Shown here: positions 27,936 to 38,840 of the stretch, in pieces
Position numbering within the stretch: the first letter of the stretch is position 1
Layout of the letters: the number at the start of each line of letters is the position of its first letter
Origin: Bryobacterales bacterium
GTDB lineage: Bacteria > Acidobacteriota > Terriglobia > Bryobacterales > UBA6623
Assembly (NCBI GenBank): GCA_965248105.1
Contig: CBDFIK010000006.1
Location: 259,761 to 323,760 of the forward strand
DNA length: 64,000 nt
Direction: 5' to 3'
Notes under the pieces: model-generated
What the model was told of the DNA's origin: nothing
Databases searched by the model: none
The model's input: the letters and a program-made list of their open reading frames with translations, nothing else
Translations under genes and position numbers: made by a program

Positions 27936-28712
27936 GCCGGCTATCACACTTTCGGCGTGAGTGAGCACGCTCCTCGGCTGGAAGATCGCTTCCTGTACCC
28001 GAGTGAGTTGGAAAAGGGCTTCACGGTGGCCCGGCTTTTGGAGGACTTCGAAAGATACACCACGACGGTAGAAGAACTACGCGCGGAGTTCGCCGGCCGG
28101 CTTGTGGTCTTGCGTGGGTTTGAAGCGGAGGTAGTTCCCGGAGCCGGCTACCGTGACACAATGCTTGGCTATCGAAGCCGATACGGTTTCGATTACATGG
28201 TCGGTTCGGTGCACTACGTGGACGAGATCTCGATCGACAGCGAATCGGGCCAGTTCCGTCGGCTCCTCGATAAAAGCGGCGGGCTGGAAGAAGTAGCCCT
28301 TCGCTACTACGAAACGGTGGCGGAAATGGTTGAAGCGCTGCGACCGGACGTAGTCGGCCACCTTGATCTCATTCGCAGACACGCCGGGCCGCGGGCGAAG
28401 CTCGATACCGCGCGAATCCGAAGCGCCGCGACACGAGCCTTGGAGGCCGTCAGCGACTGCGATTCGATTCTCGACCTGAATACGGCCGGCTATCGGAAAG
28501 GCCTGGGAACTCCCTACCCGGCGCCCTGGTTGGTCCAACTCGCGAACCGGATGGGCATCGGGTTCTGTTTCGGCGATGACAGTCACGGGCCGGACCAAGT
28601 CGGTGCAGGCATCGAGGACGCCCGAGAATACTTACTCGAAAACGGCGTTGACCGCGTCACCACGCTCACCCGCGAGGATGGCGAAGTAGTCCGCAAGGTC
28701 GCCCGTTTATAG
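27831..28712 (+). CDS. PHP-domain histidinol-phosphatase (HisJ/HisK family)
   Basis: SLHGGHS, FGVSEHAP, GFEAE, GSVHY, GHLDL, LNTAGYRK, FGDDSH. Confidence 0.85.
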   Translation: MPAEPWRVSLHGGHSGQFCEHARGELRDVLEAAVKAGYHTFGVSEHAPRLEDRFLYPSELEKGFTVARLLEDFERYTTTVEELRAEFAGRLVVLRGFEAEVVPGAGYRDTMLGYRSRYGFDYMVGSVHYVDEISIDSESGQFRRLLDKSGGLEEVALRYYETVAEMVEALRPDVVGHLDLIRRHAGPRAKLDTARIRSAATRALEAVSDCDSILDLNTAGYRKGLGTPYPAPWLVQLANRMGIGFCFGDDSHGPDQVGAGIEDAREYLLENGVDRVTTLTREDGEVVRKVARL

Positions 28713-28943
28713 ACGCCTCTTGCGGGTTTGACTGCACCGTTTCCCGTGCTCTTATCGAGTTGATCGAGCGATAGGCGGACCTAACCTAAGCGCCTGTGAA
28801 AGGGGGCCGGACAGCCGTTTGTGGCGCACGCTCTCAGCTTCTGCAACTTGTTTGAAACACCGAGGTGATACCAGGGTCTGGACGTCGAGAGGAGTCTCGA
28901 TCCGGTGGCCGGACCCCAGGATTGAGCGTTTTCACGCGAACTT

Positions 28944-30260
28944 TTACGGTTGGCTTTTGAAGATGGCCGTGCCACCCTCAAGCGTCGGCTCAAAGACGTA
29001 CCGCGTAAGGCGGTCGTCTTGCAATATGTAGAGTCCGTTGGCCGTCGCCAGGTAGAGAGACCCCTGCCAGCGCTTGATCTGGGAGATGACTTCACCGACG
29101 TCAAGTTCTTCCGCTTCGCCGGAATCTCGTTCATACCGTAACAGTCCGCCGGAATAGGTTGCCCCTTCCGGATGCCCCACCAGGCCTAGCCAGATGTCCT
29201 TCTCTTCGACTAGAAGAGCCGAGGCTGACCAGCGGGCAACTTCAGGCGGAGAAAACACGATGTACTTTCTTTCCTCAGGATCAAAGTAGCCAAAGCCGCC
29301 AACCCCCGTCAGTCCTTCGCCGTCGTAGAAAGCTTTGCCGAACCAGAAACGCTCCCCGACGATCTGGTAGGGCCCGATCACCTCTTCAAAGGCCGCGACG
29401 TCAGGGCGGTATCCGTCTCTGACCCGCCTGGGCCGCGCCCGTGCGAACTCTTCATAGGTTGACTTTGGCAGCTCGTAGAGCGTGTACTCATCGCCGACTC
29501 GCTCGGCTACGCCTTCGACCGCACGAGTGTAAGGCTGAAAGACGAGTGACGCAGCGAAACGCCCTTGCGAACCGATGGACAGATACTCCCGGCGGATCGC
29601 GAACGAAGAAGACACGAAGGGCGTTACGTGGCCCGCCGGCGCTTCCCGGGCGCGGGCTAGCGCCGGCTCCATTTCTGCACCCACCGCCAGAACCGGTTCG
29701 TCCTCGTCAAGGCGCGCCACCACCGTTTGTTCCCGGGTACCCACCACGAAGTATAGATTGTCGTTCACGGCCAGGATTTGTCGCACCGGCAAGGGTTCGA
29801 ATTCGATTTGCTTCAGCACTCGCTTGAACGCTACATCAAAGAAGAGCTTCATGGAGTCCGTCTGGATACAATAATCTCCGAAACGCGACAGGACAATGGA
29901 ACTGTCGTCCGCGCGCTCAACCTCAACACGGACGTCGTGCTTGTTGGCCAGAATGGCCAGTTCCCACACAACGTCAGGATCGTCGGTCTTCATCAAAAAC
30001 AGGCCCACCAAGTCGTCCCGGTTCCACCAGAACTGTTTCAGCGGCAACCGCCACCCCGACGTCGGGGCTCCGCCGTGAACGAGCAGCAACGTGTGCCTGC
30101 CGTCCAGGTCCTTTCTGTAGAAGGTCTGGAAATGGACGATGTTCGGGTTTCTTCGGTGAAAAGCGGGGATAACAGCCGTTTCGCGAAACTCTGGGTTCGG
30201 AGTGAGCTGCGCTGAAATAGGAATGACGGCCAGCAATACTGCCGGCGCAAGAGACCTCAT
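28944..30260 (-). CDS. secreted hypothetical protein with a possible C-terminal beta-propeller-like region
   Basis: Signal peptide MRSLAPAVLLAVIPISA; C-terminal blade-like segments DIWLG, GGLLRY, LYLATANGLY. Confidence 0.65.
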   Translation of the reverse strand: MRSLAPAVLLAVIPISAQLTPNPEFRETAVIPAFHRRNPNIVHFQTFYRKDLDGRHTLLLVHGGAPTSGWRLPLKQFWWNRDDLVGLFLMKTDDPDVVWELAILANKHDVRVEVERADDSSIVLSRFGDYCIQTDSMKLFFDVAFKRVLKQIEFEPLPVRQILAVNDNLYFVVGTREQTVVARLDEDEPVLAVGAEMEPALARAREAPAGHVTPFVSSSFAIRREYLSIGSQGRFAASLVFQPYTRAVEGVAERVGDEYTLYELPKSTYEEFARARPRRVRDGYRPDVAAFEEVIGPYQIVGERFWFGKAFYDGEGLTGVGGFGYFDPEERKYIVFSPPEVARWSASALLVEEKDIWLGLVGHPEGATYSGGLLRYERDSGEAEELDVGEVISQIKRWQGSLYLATANGLYILQDDRLTRYVFEPTLEGGTAIFKSQP

Positions 30261-30459
30261 ACTTCTATTCTGACGGTTGACCGCGTCAAACCGGGTACTA
30301 GACGGTGTGATCTCGGCAAAAGCTGTATCCGATATAATGACCAACGGTTAGGGGTGTCAGGTTTAGTCCGCGGGAAGCCCTAAAAAACTTCAGCTTCGCT
30401 GGCCCCTGAGCCACAGGGCCGGGGATAACAAGCGATAATAGAGGAAGGCGTAACGAACG

Positions 30460-31299
30460 ATGCCTGAGCAAGCGAAGCCCATCCGCGCACCGGACTTGAA
30501 AGAGAAGAAACGGCGTGGCGAAAAGATCGCCATGTTGACGGCTTATGACGCGACGATGGCTCGCCTTCTCGACCGAGCTGGCATCGACGTCTTGCTGGTC
30601 GGAGACTCGCTGGGAATGGTCATCCTTGGCCACGAGACGACCGTGCCGGTCACCCTTGAGGAAACCATCCATCACACGCGCGCGGTGGCTCGGGGAGCGC
30701 GCCGGTCTCTAGTCGTTGCTGATATGCCGTTCTTGACGTACCAAGTCAGTCTGCCGGAAGCCGTGCGCAACGCAGGGCGGCTGATGCAAGAAGGCCGTGC
30801 GGCGGCTGTAAAGCTCGAAGGTGGACGAGCGGTGCTTGAGGTCACGGAACGCCTGGTCGATGTCGGCATTCCGGTGATGGGTCACCTCGGGTTGCTTCCC
30901 CAGTCGGTCCACCAGTTGGGCGGGTTCCGCCGCCAAGCCACGGATCAACCGAGCGCCGAGCGACTGATTGAGGATGCACATAATCTGGAAACGGCGGGGG
31001 CATTCGCGGTGGTGCTGGAGTCGATCCCCGAGGAAGTCGCCCTGGCCGTCACTAGGGAGCTAACGATCCCCACGATTGGCATCGGTGCTGGTCCGCATTG
31101 CGACGGACAAGTCCTAGTCAGCTACGACGCCTTGGGCCTGTTTGATGAGTTTGTGCCACCCTTTGTCAAACAGTACGCCCAACTCGGGGCGGAGATCGTT
31201 TCGGCCGCCCAAGCGTATGCGGACGACGTGAGAGCCAGTCGCTTCCCAGCCTCGCAGCGTGACTCCTCCATCCCCCTCGTCAAACATGGGCGCAAATGA
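30460..31299 (+). CDS. panB: 3-methyl-2-oxobutanoate hydroxymethyltransferase
   Basis: MLTAYD, LVGDSLGM, ADMPF, VKLEGG, GHLGLLPQS, TIGIGAG. Confidence 0.97.
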   Translation: MPEQAKPIRAPDLKEKKRRGEKIAMLTAYDATMARLLDRAGIDVLLVGDSLGMVILGHETTVPVTLEETIHHTRAVARGARRSLVVADMPFLTYQVSLPEAVRNAGRLMQEGRAAAVKLEGGRAVLEVTERLVDVGIPVMGHLGLLPQSVHQLGGFRRQATDQPSAERLIEDAHNLETAGAFAVVLESIPEEVALAVTRELTIPTIGIGAGPHCDGQVLVSYDALGLFDEFVPPFVKQYAQLGAEIVSAAQAYADDVRASRFPASQRDSSIPLVKHGRK

Positions 31300-32168
31300 G
31301 CGTCGAGCTGGTCTCTTCGATCTCGAAACTTAGAAAACGCCTTTCCGGCGTACGGCGCAAAGGTGTATCGATCGGCCTGGTACCCACCATGGGCGCCCTT
31401 CATGCCGGCCACATCCGATTGATTGACCGCGCTGTGAAGGACTCGGACTTCGTCGTCGTCAGCCTATTCGTCAACCCCATTCAGTTCAACCAGGAGGCCG
31501 ACTACAAGCGCTACCCGCGCGAGGTTTCTCAGGACCTCGAGGTTTGCCGTGAATGGGGCGTGGATGTCTTGTTCGCACCGTCGCTCGAGGAAATGTATCC
31601 CCGCCCACAGCGCACTTTCGTGGAAGTCGAGCGTCTCACGGAACACTTGTGCGGCAAACATCGGCCAGGGCATTTTCGAGGTGTGACGACGGTGGTGTTG
31701 AAGCTGCTCAACATCGTCCAGCCCGAGCGGGCTTACTTCGGACAAAAGGACGCCCAGCAGTTGGCTGTGATCCGGCGCATGGTTGACGACTTGAGCGTGC
31801 CGCTCACGATTGTCGAAGTGCCCACCGTGCGCGAGCGCGACGGGCTAGCGCTCAGTTCCCGTAACGAGCACCTCAATGCCGAGCAGCGGGGTCTCGCCTC
31901 TTCCTTGCATCAAGCTCTTCAGGTCGCCGGGAAGTGCATCGCGGAGGGCGAGCGCGACGTGCGAAGCATCAAGGACCAGGCGCTGGCAACCATCGAGCGC
32001 CGGCGGGGGCTGCGGGTTGAATATTTCGAGATCGTCGATCCCGAAGAGATGCAGCCAGTGGACGAGGTTGCGGGACCGGTGAGGGTGGCGGCGGCGGCCT
32101 GGGTTGGATCGACGCGTCTGATCGACAATGTGCTGTGCGAACCGGTCAAACAAAAAGCCTCCGCCTGA
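31296..32168 (+). CDS. panC: pantoate-beta-alanine ligase
   Basis: PTMGALHAGH, FVNPIQF, RPGHFRGV, FGQKDAQQ, LALSSRN, TRLIDN. Confidence 0.97.
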   Translation: MSVELVSSISKLRKRLSGVRRKGVSIGLVPTMGALHAGHIRLIDRAVKDSDFVVVSLFVNPIQFNQEADYKRYPREVSQDLEVCREWGVDVLFAPSLEEMYPRPQRTFVEVERLTEHLCGKHRPGHFRGVTTVVLKLLNIVQPERAYFGQKDAQQLAVIRRMVDDLSVPLTIVEVPTVRERDGLALSSRNEHLNAEQRGLASSLHQALQVAGKCIAEGERDVRSIKDQALATIERRRGLRVEYFEIVDPEEMQPVDEVAGPVRVAAAAWVGSTRLIDNVLCEPVKQKASA

Positions 32169-32250
32169 AGCCACTGGCGCCCTCCTACTTTTCTGCTTTC
32201 CGCTTCTTCAAATTGTGCCTCTCCCTCTGGCGGTGTATCCTCTAAAAGCT

Positions 32251-33273
32251 ATGCCGCCAACCGCCGCCAAACGTCCGCCCCGAGGATCGGTGACCGACGT
32301 AGAAGGCATCACAGTTGGTCACTTCACACACCATAGACGTCCGACCGGCTGCACGGTCGTGTTGGCCGAGCAAGGAGCGGTAGCCGGCGTCGATGTCAGG
32401 GGCGGCGCGCCGGGAACACGAGAAACCGACTTGCTGCGACCGGAGGCCGTGGTTCAGCAAGTGCACGCTGTAGTTCTATCGGGTGGGAGCGCTTATGGGC
32501 TAGCCACCGCGGACGGAGTCATGCGCTACCTCGAAGAAAAGAGCGTCGGATTCCGTGTGGGAGCTGCCGTCGTGCCGATCGTCCCAGCCGCGATCCTGTT
32601 TGACCTGAATATCGCTGACCCCAGCATCCGCCCCGACGCAGCAAGCGGATTCCGGGCGGCGGAATCGGCTTCCGGCGACCCCGTTCCGCAAGGAAACGTG
32701 GGTGCGGGCGCCGGCGCGACGGTCGGCAAGCTCTTCGGAATCGAGCGGGCCATGAAGGGCGGCTTAGGCAGTGCTTCCATTGAACTGCCGGGGGGGCTGG
32801 TAGTGGCCGCGCTGGTCGCGGTGAACGCCCTGGGAGACGTCGTTGACCCCGAAGACGGAAAGCTGCTCGCGGGCGCCCGGACCGAAGACGGCAAGAGCTT
32901 AGCTGACACGCTGCAACAAATCCGACAAGGGGTCGCCATTGCCGGTCCTTCGCCTGGCGAAAACACGACCCTCGGCGTCGTAGCGGCGAACGTCAACTGG
33001 ACTAAGGCGCAGGCGACAAAAGTAGCGCAAATGGCCCATGACGGCCTCGCACGCGCCATCCGCCCCGCGCATATGCCCTTCGATGGCGACACGATCTTCG
33101 CCCTGGGTACCGGAGGGCAAGAGGTGGATTCCAATCTTCTAGGCTGCATCGGCGCTTTAGCGGCCGATGTCACAGCACAAGCGGTGGTCGCCGCGGTGTT
33201 ACATGCCAAGGGAATTGAGGGGTTGCCCGCGTCAGGCGACATCGCGCGCGCGGATGAAGTATCCGATGGGTGA
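32251..33273 (+). CDS. P1/S58 (DmpA-like) peptidase family protein
   Basis: GGAPGTRETD, LSGGSAYGL, VPIVPAAILFDL, GNVGAGAG, ENTT, DGDTIF. Start placed at ATG 32251. Confidence 0.85.
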   Translation: MPPTAAKRPPRGSVTDVEGITVGHFTHHRRPTGCTVVLAEQGAVAGVDVRGGAPGTRETDLLRPEAVVQQVHAVVLSGGSAYGLATADGVMRYLEEKSVGFRVGAAVVPIVPAAILFDLNIADPSIRPDAASGFRAAESASGDPVPQGNVGAGAGATVGKLFGIERAMKGGLGSASIELPGGLVVAALVAVNALGDVVDPEDGKLLAGARTEDGKSLADTLQQIRQGVAIAGPSPGENTTLGVVAANVNWTKAQATKVAQMAHDGLARAIRPAHMPFDGDTIFALGTGGQEVDSNLLGCIGALAADVTAQAVVAAVLHAKGIEGLPASGDIARADEVSDG

Positions 33274-33523
33274 GATTCGCGGCTATGACCTGCGTTTGCT
33301 CGCGGCTTGTCAAGGGCGGAGCAAAATTAGACCAGTTCGGCGGAGGGAGAATAGACCAGTTTTGGGGTAGAGCGGCGGAGCAAAAATAGACCAGTGGGGG
33401 GGGAGTCGGGGTTTTGCTTCGAGTTTTTGTGGGACGGCTGGAACGCAGCCTGAGGTCGCCCGTTAGGGCGGCTGAAGGCGGAGTGGAAGGCGGCTCACAA
33501 AAACTGTGGCGAGCCGGCGGGGA

Positions 33524-34285
33524 TCAATCCGAAGACGGAGAGCGTTGCTTCTTGCTCTGCTTGAGGCGGAAGCTATCGCCGTTCATCTCCAGGATGTGGA
33601 CGTGGTGAGTGAGCCGATCCAGCAGGGCGCCGGTCATGCGCTCGGACCCGAGGACTTCGGTCCACTCGTTGAACGGCAGGTTCGAGGTCACCATCGTGGA
33701 GCCCTGCTCGTAGCGCTGTGAGAAGGTTTCGAACAGCAACTCCGCTCCGGTCTTCGACAGCGGCACGTAGCCCAGTTCATCGACGATCAGCAGGTCTTGC
33801 TTGGCGAGCTGCTTTTGGGCCCTCAGCAAGCGCCGCTCATCACGGGCTTCCAGCAGCTCGTTGACCAGCGCTGCGGCGGTAGTGAAGCGAACCCGATAGC
33901 CACCCTGGCAGGCCGCCAGTCCCAGCGCCAGAGCGAGATGCGTTTTCCCCGTGCCGGAGTTTCCTAGAGCCAACACGTTCTCGCGACGGTCGATGAACTC
34001 TCCGTGTGCCAGCTCGAGCACCAGCTTCTTGTTCAACTTGGGTAACGCCAGGAAGTCGAACGTATCAAGGGTTTTCGTGACCGGGAACTTGGCGGCCTTG
34101 ATGCGCCGCTCGGTCGCTCGGCGTTCACGGTCGAGCAGTTCGAGCTCGGACAGTTGCAGCAGAAAGCGTCTCGCATCCAAGCCCTCCGTGGCGCACTGCC
34201 GTGCCACCTTGTCGTACTCGCGTAAGAAGGTCGGCAGCCGCAGTGCTTTCAGATGAGCTTCCAGCAGCAGTTTGGATCTCGCCAT
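33524..34285 (-). CDS. istB: IS21 helper ATPase
   Basis: Walker A GNSGTGKT, LIVDELGY, TSNLPF, ALLDRL. ATG overlaps the istA TGA. Confidence 0.95.
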   Translation of the reverse strand: MARSKLLLEAHLKALRLPTFLREYDKVARQCATEGLDARRFLLQLSELELLDRERRATERRIKAAKFPVTKTLDTFDFLALPKLNKKLVLELAHGEFIDRRENVLALGNSGTGKTHLALALGLAACQGGYRVRFTTAAALVNELLEARDERRLLRAQKQLAKQDLLIVDELGYVPLSKTGAELLFETFSQRYEQGSTMVTSNLPFNEWTEVLGSERMTGALLDRLTHHVHILEMNGDSFRLKQSKKQRSPSSD

Positions 34286-35784
34286 CAGTCCACTCCCTGT
34301 GCCAGCAGCACCAAATAATCTGTTGTCGATGTCTGTTCGACTTGTGCTGTGGGTAAGTGCGGATACTGCGTCAAGTCCAAGCGGGGCGGCCGTTGCTCGA
34401 TCCGACACAGGACGAGGTGCTTGACGGCGTCGAAGCCGATCGTTCCCAACTCAACGGCCTGCCGCGCGGCGGCGGTGACGTCGGTGAGCGGGAAGTCTTC
34501 GAGTAAACGCAGCACCTGCACGTACTCGCGCTTGCCTGGTTTACCCAGCCGCACTTCGAGCAAGCGTCTCAAACGCACGAGATCTTGCGGTAACTGCCAA
34601 CCGACGAGCGGCGCGGCTTGATCCAGCGCGTTCGTCTTGCGCTCCAGCAAGGCCAGGTAATGCAGCGGATCGAAGATCAACTCCTCGCGTTCGTAGCTGC
34701 GCCGATGCCGGGCGATCTCTTCGCTGCCGCAGCCGATGACCACCTCATCGACGTAAGCTCTCAGCAGTACTTCGCGGTGGCCGTAGCGCGTCGGAACCGA
34801 GTAGTCGTTGGTCCGATAGCGCACCAGCGACAACGACGTCACCCGCGTCGTGCGCTTGTCGCAAGCGTCATACCCGACAGCAGGCAACGTCAGAAACGCC
34901 TGGCGGTCGCGCTCGAAACGCTCACCGATCGTTTCCGAGTGTCGCCGCAAGCGCCGTCCACGGTTCTTGCGGCACTTCGCTTCGAGGTGTTCGTTGAAGG
35001 CTTCCCAACTTGAGAACCTGGGGATCGGCACCATAAAGTTGCGCCGCGCATAGCCCACCAACCCTTCCACTTTGCCTTTGTCGTTGCCCTTGCCCGGCCG
35101 CCCGAAACGGTCGGCGAACAGATAATGTGACTGCAGCTCGGAGAAGACACGGGTCCTCTGGCGTGTGCCGTCTCCCAGGATCCTCGCCACCGCTAGCTTC
35201 GTGTTGTCGTAGACGATGCTGCGCGGCACGCCGCCAAAATAGCGAAACGCCGCATTGTGCCCCTCGCAGAATGCCTCCGTCGTCTCGGCCGGAAACGCTT
35301 TCACGAATGCGTCATCGCTATGCGGCAGATCGACGACCAAGAAGTGCGCCTTGCGCTGCACTCCGTTGATGACGACGACCGCTTCGCCGAAGTCCGCCTG
35401 GGCGTCACCCGGCGGATGCGTCAGCGGCACGAACATCTCTTGTCCGCCCAGCTTCTTCTCGCGTACGTAGTCCTTGACGGTCGTGTAGCCGCCTGTGAAC
35501 CCGTACTCGTCGCGGAGGCGGTCAAAGATGCGCTGTGCGGTGTGGCGTTGTTTCCTCGGACGCTCCCGATCGTCGGTCAGGATCTGATCGATGATCCCTG
35601 TGAAGGCCTCCAGTTTGGGACGCCTCGCCGGTTTGCTCCGCCGATAGCCCGGCGGAATCCGGTAGCGCAACATCTTGCGCACGGTCTCGCGAGCAATCCC
35701 AAAGCGCCGTGCTGCTTCGCGTTCGCTTAGCCCTTCGACGCAGACACTTCGTCGTACTTGAACGTATAGCTCCACCCGATACAT
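34285..35784 (-). CDS. istA: IS21 transposase
   Basis: N-terminal HTH, GGYTTVKDY, AQADFGEA, IVYDNTK, KGKVEGLV; RBS GGAGG before ATG 35784. Confidence 0.95.
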   Translation of the reverse strand: MYRVELYVQVRRSVCVEGLSEREAARRFGIARETVRKMLRYRIPPGYRRSKPARRPKLEAFTGIIDQILTDDRERPRKQRHTAQRIFDRLRDEYGFTGGYTTVKDYVREKKLGGQEMFVPLTHPPGDAQADFGEAVVVINGVQRKAHFLVVDLPHSDDAFVKAFPAETTEAFCEGHNAAFRYFGGVPRSIVYDNTKLAVARILGDGTRQRTRVFSELQSHYLFADRFGRPGKGNDKGKVEGLVGYARRNFMVPIPRFSSWEAFNEHLEAKCRKNRGRRLRRHSETIGERFERDRQAFLTLPAVGYDACDKRTTRVTSLSLVRYRTNDYSVPTRYGHREVLLRAYVDEVVIGCGSEEIARHRRSYEREELIFDPLHYLALLERKTNALDQAAPLVGWQLPQDLVRLRRLLEVRLGKPGKREYVQVLRLLEDFPLTDVTAAARQAVELGTIGFDAVKHLVLCRIEQRPPRLDLTQYPHLPTAQVEQTSTTDYLVLLAQGVD

Positions 35785-35865
35785 CCCTCCGGTGTTCCAC
35801 AAAACACCTCGGGGATGCTTGCGGACCACATCAGCGGCTTGGTCCTCCGCCTCCTCTGGGAGCCT

Positions 35866-37044
35866 TCACACCGCCGCTATGTGGTCTAGTTTGTCAGCGC
35901 CGTTCTCAGCGGCTGCTTTGAGTCTGACCTGCACCAGCAACGCCGCGGTTTCTCGGCCGACGATCAGTTCTTCGTTCGTCCCGAGCACAACGACTGGAAC
36001 CCGGCTTTCTTCGCCTGAGATGAGGCGGTCGCCGGGCCCGCCCTCGTTGGTGGCAGGATCCAAGCGCACGCCAAGGAACTCCAGCCCCTGGCAGCAGAGC
36101 GCCCGCAGCGATGCTGAATTCTCGCCGCTGCCGCCCGTAAAAGCGACCGCGTCAAGGCCGCCCATCGCCGCGGCATAAGCTCCAACGCACTTGCGGACTT
36201 GGTAGGCAAACGTCTCAAGGGCCAACGTCGCCTGAGCCGCGCCCCGAGTCGAAGCCTCTTAAAGGTCGCGGATATCGCCTCCCTCGATTCCCGAAAGCCC
36301 GGCTAGCCCACCGCCTTTGAGCAGCTCTTGGCGCATTTGGTCTGTGGAGTAGCCGAGCCGGTCCATCATATAAAGAACGGCGAAAGGGTCTAGATCGCCG
36401 TGCCGGGTAGCGTTTTCGAGGCCCGACTGCGGAGAGAAGCCCATAGTTGTATCCACGGATCGGCCACCGTTTACGGCACATATCGAAGAGCTGCCACCGA
36501 GATGGCAAGACACGAGCCGAAGCTCTTCCCCAGGCTTGCCGACGATCTCGGGAACCCGCTCGCTGACCCAGCGGTGGGAAGCCCCGTGGAATCCGTAGCG
36601 CCTCACCCCATGCTTCTCCGCCCAGGACCTGGGGACGCCGTATTGAGCGGCGTGTTCGGGCATAGTCCGATGAAAGCCGGGTTCCACAACTGCTACCAAC
36701 ATCAACTCGGGCCTCAATTGGTGGAAAGCCTCCATCGCTATGAGGTAGATGCCGTTGTGAAGAGGAGCGACGGGCTCGAACTCGCGCATCGCCGCAAGCA
36801 GACCCTCATCCACTTGGAATGACCCGCAGTAGTGCGGACCCGCGTGGACCGCTTTGAAGCCGACGGCGTCAACGGGGTCAGAAGTCCCAAGAATTCTCTG
36901 GATGGCCTCGCGATGGTCGGCAGCGTCGCCGCCGGATTGACCAATGCGCTCGAACCGACCCTTCGCGAGGACTCTTTCGGAGGGAAACTCCAGGAGTTGA
37001 TACTTCAAAGAAGTGGAGCCTAGATTCGGCACCAAAATGTTCAC
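35866..37044 (-). pseudogene. ackA: acetate/propionate kinase with an in-frame TAA and IS21 in its 3' end
   Basis: NLGSTSLKY, GFHGASH, CHLGGSSS, FTGGSGENS, TNEELI. TAA at 36259-36261 is in frame with the downstream half. Confidence 0.88.
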
Positions 37045-37255
37045 TTGTTGAGCACCTTTCCGGTTAAGACACGAGAGACGCGGGTTTTATCAGGAGCGCG
37101 AAATTACGACTGGCCGGTGCCGACAAATCCCAGTGCAACGAGGCATCCTCAATTCGCTGGAGACTTGGCGGGATAGGAATTCCGCTTGCCCGGCCCTGAG
37201 GACGAACGTTACTTACTTGCTCGGGCGACCGTCACCGAGGGGGCCTCGGAGGAAA

Positions 37256-38416
37256 CTACTGAGACTCTCTGATTTTTGCGAGGGTCGCTTGAGCCTGCTG
37301 TTGGAAAGAATTCGGGACGTCCGCCGCGATGCTCATCCAGTTCGTGGCGGCACGGATGTTGTCACCCTCGATGTCCAGCTTGACGTAACAAACACCCATG
37401 TAGTAGGCCAACTCGCCGTACGCCGCACCGCCTTGAGCTTTCAACGGCCCCTCGGCTTCGCGCAAAAGCACTCGCGATTCCCGAAACTTCTTGAGATCGC
37501 TTTCGCCCCCCTCCACAACGAGCACTCTACCGAGCGTGTATTTCGAAAGCGCCGTGAACAACTCCTTGTGCCTGGCCCAATCTTCCTCGGCCACGTTATC
37601 CGGCTTCGGTTTTTCCGCTAGAACCTGCAACACTCGATCGGCGTACTCCCTGGCTTTGGCGAGGTCTCCCTTTCTCAGGCTGGAGTCGGCTAGGTTGTAC
37701 AGGTACGACTCATTGTTAGGGTCGCTTTCAAGGGCGAGCTCCATGTAGTGGATCGTTTTCTCGAAGTCACCGAGCTGCTGGTAGGCGCTGACGTAAAGGG
37801 GGGGCGTCAGCTTGGCGTACTGGCTCTCGGGGAAGTGCTCGATCAGGGCGTCCAAGTAGGCCACTTTCTGGGCCGCATCCGTCAGGCTGAACGCAGAAGC
37901 GTACAGGTGGTATTCGATATTGCGATTCGCCGCGTTCCCGGCGCCGGTGACAGCCTCCCACATCGGCATTTCGTCTTCGTACTCGGGTTCAGGCGTAGCT
38001 GCTGTCTTATCGGCGATAGGCTTTGTCGCGAGCATATGTGGCAGCAACGCTTCCCAATCCTGCGTGCCATAGAGCGCCAGCGTCATGTTGTCGCGGGCTT
38101 CGACCAGATCCGGCGCGATCGCTACTAGCTTCTTCCCATACTCCAGCACCTTCGGGAAGTTCTTCTCTTCCACGTACAAACCCTGCAACTGGAGATAGAC
38201 ATAGCCGATTTGCCCGTGTTCGCCGTACTTCTCGACGAAAGCTTCGAGCAACTTGGCTTTCTCGGCCGGATCCTCACTCAGGATGGCCTGGTTGATGAGA
38301 GATCCTTCTTCACTCTCGGTATTAATCGATGGGTTGCGAATATCCTCGCGCAACTGAGCAGCGGCAGGAGTGCCCAGCAGGCCCAACAGAACAAGAGCCA
38401 GCGGTAGTTTCTTCAT
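37256..38416 (-). CDS. secreted TPR-like helical protein
   Basis: Signal peptide MKKLPLALVLLGLLGTPAAA; TPR-like repeats. Confidence 0.7.
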   Translation of the reverse strand: MKKLPLALVLLGLLGTPAAAQLREDIRNPSINTESEEGSLINQAILSEDPAEKAKLLEAFVEKYGEHGQIGYVYLQLQGLYVEEKNFPKVLEYGKKLVAIAPDLVEARDNMTLALYGTQDWEALLPHMLATKPIADKTAATPEPEYEDEMPMWEAVTGAGNAANRNIEYHLYASAFSLTDAAQKVAYLDALIEHFPESQYAKLTPPLYVSAYQQLGDFEKTIHYMELALESDPNNESYLYNLADSSLRKGDLAKAREYADRVLQVLAEKPKPDNVAEEDWARHKELFTALSKYTLGRVLVVEGGESDLKKFRESRVLLREAEGPLKAQGGAAYGELAYYMGVCYVKLDIEGDNIRAATNWMSIAADVPNSFQQQAQATLAKIRESQ

Positions 38417-38840
38417 TTGCGATTCTCCCAAGCAGGTATCCAAGCTGTTCGACGTGTTCTGCATACTACGCCAATCAGACCACGGAATCAAGGGGGCAGA
38501 GCACGGTTTGATCCGAAAAACACATCGGCAAGGCTGATCGTTCCAACGAAACTGAACGAAGAAATGGGAAGAAACCCCGCACACTGACTTGACCTAGGCT
38601 CCCCGGGTTCTAGCCCCAGACTCGATCTCAAGGCACAGGATCGGAGAAAGAAAGGTGAAAATGCGATTTCAGTGGTACCGTTGCCGGTCGGGCCGTCAGG
38701 TGGCGAGAAATGGGGGCCAGCCCGCAGTAATCTAAAGAGAAAGGCAAAGACCCCTGGCGCGTACTCAAATGGCAGCCAGGGGTCGCAGCCTCGATGGGTC
38801 CTACTGTGATGTTTTTGTTAGAGCCTCTTAGTCCCGGCGC

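Larger units (their letters stand above)
33308..35908 (-). mobile_element. IS21-family insertion sequence with 6-bp target duplication GCGGCT
   Basis: TG...CA ends (TGTCAAGGGCGGAGCAAAATTAGACCA vs TGAGAACGGCGCTGACAAACTAGACCA), internal repeats of the TAGACCA motif at the left end, GCGGCT at 33302-33307 and 35909-35914. Confidence 0.93.

Noticed and set aside
30333-30459. TATAAT and a GGCCCCTG/CAGGGCC hairpin in the panB leader as a possible pan-motif RNA or riboswitch
   Set aside because: Only one hairpin, no -35 and no recognisable conserved motif; it would need an Infernal/Rfam scan.
33311-33400. Three TAGACCAGT-containing repeats as a mini-CRISPR
   Set aside because: These are the usual IS21 terminal transposase-binding repeats; irregular spacing and no cas genes.
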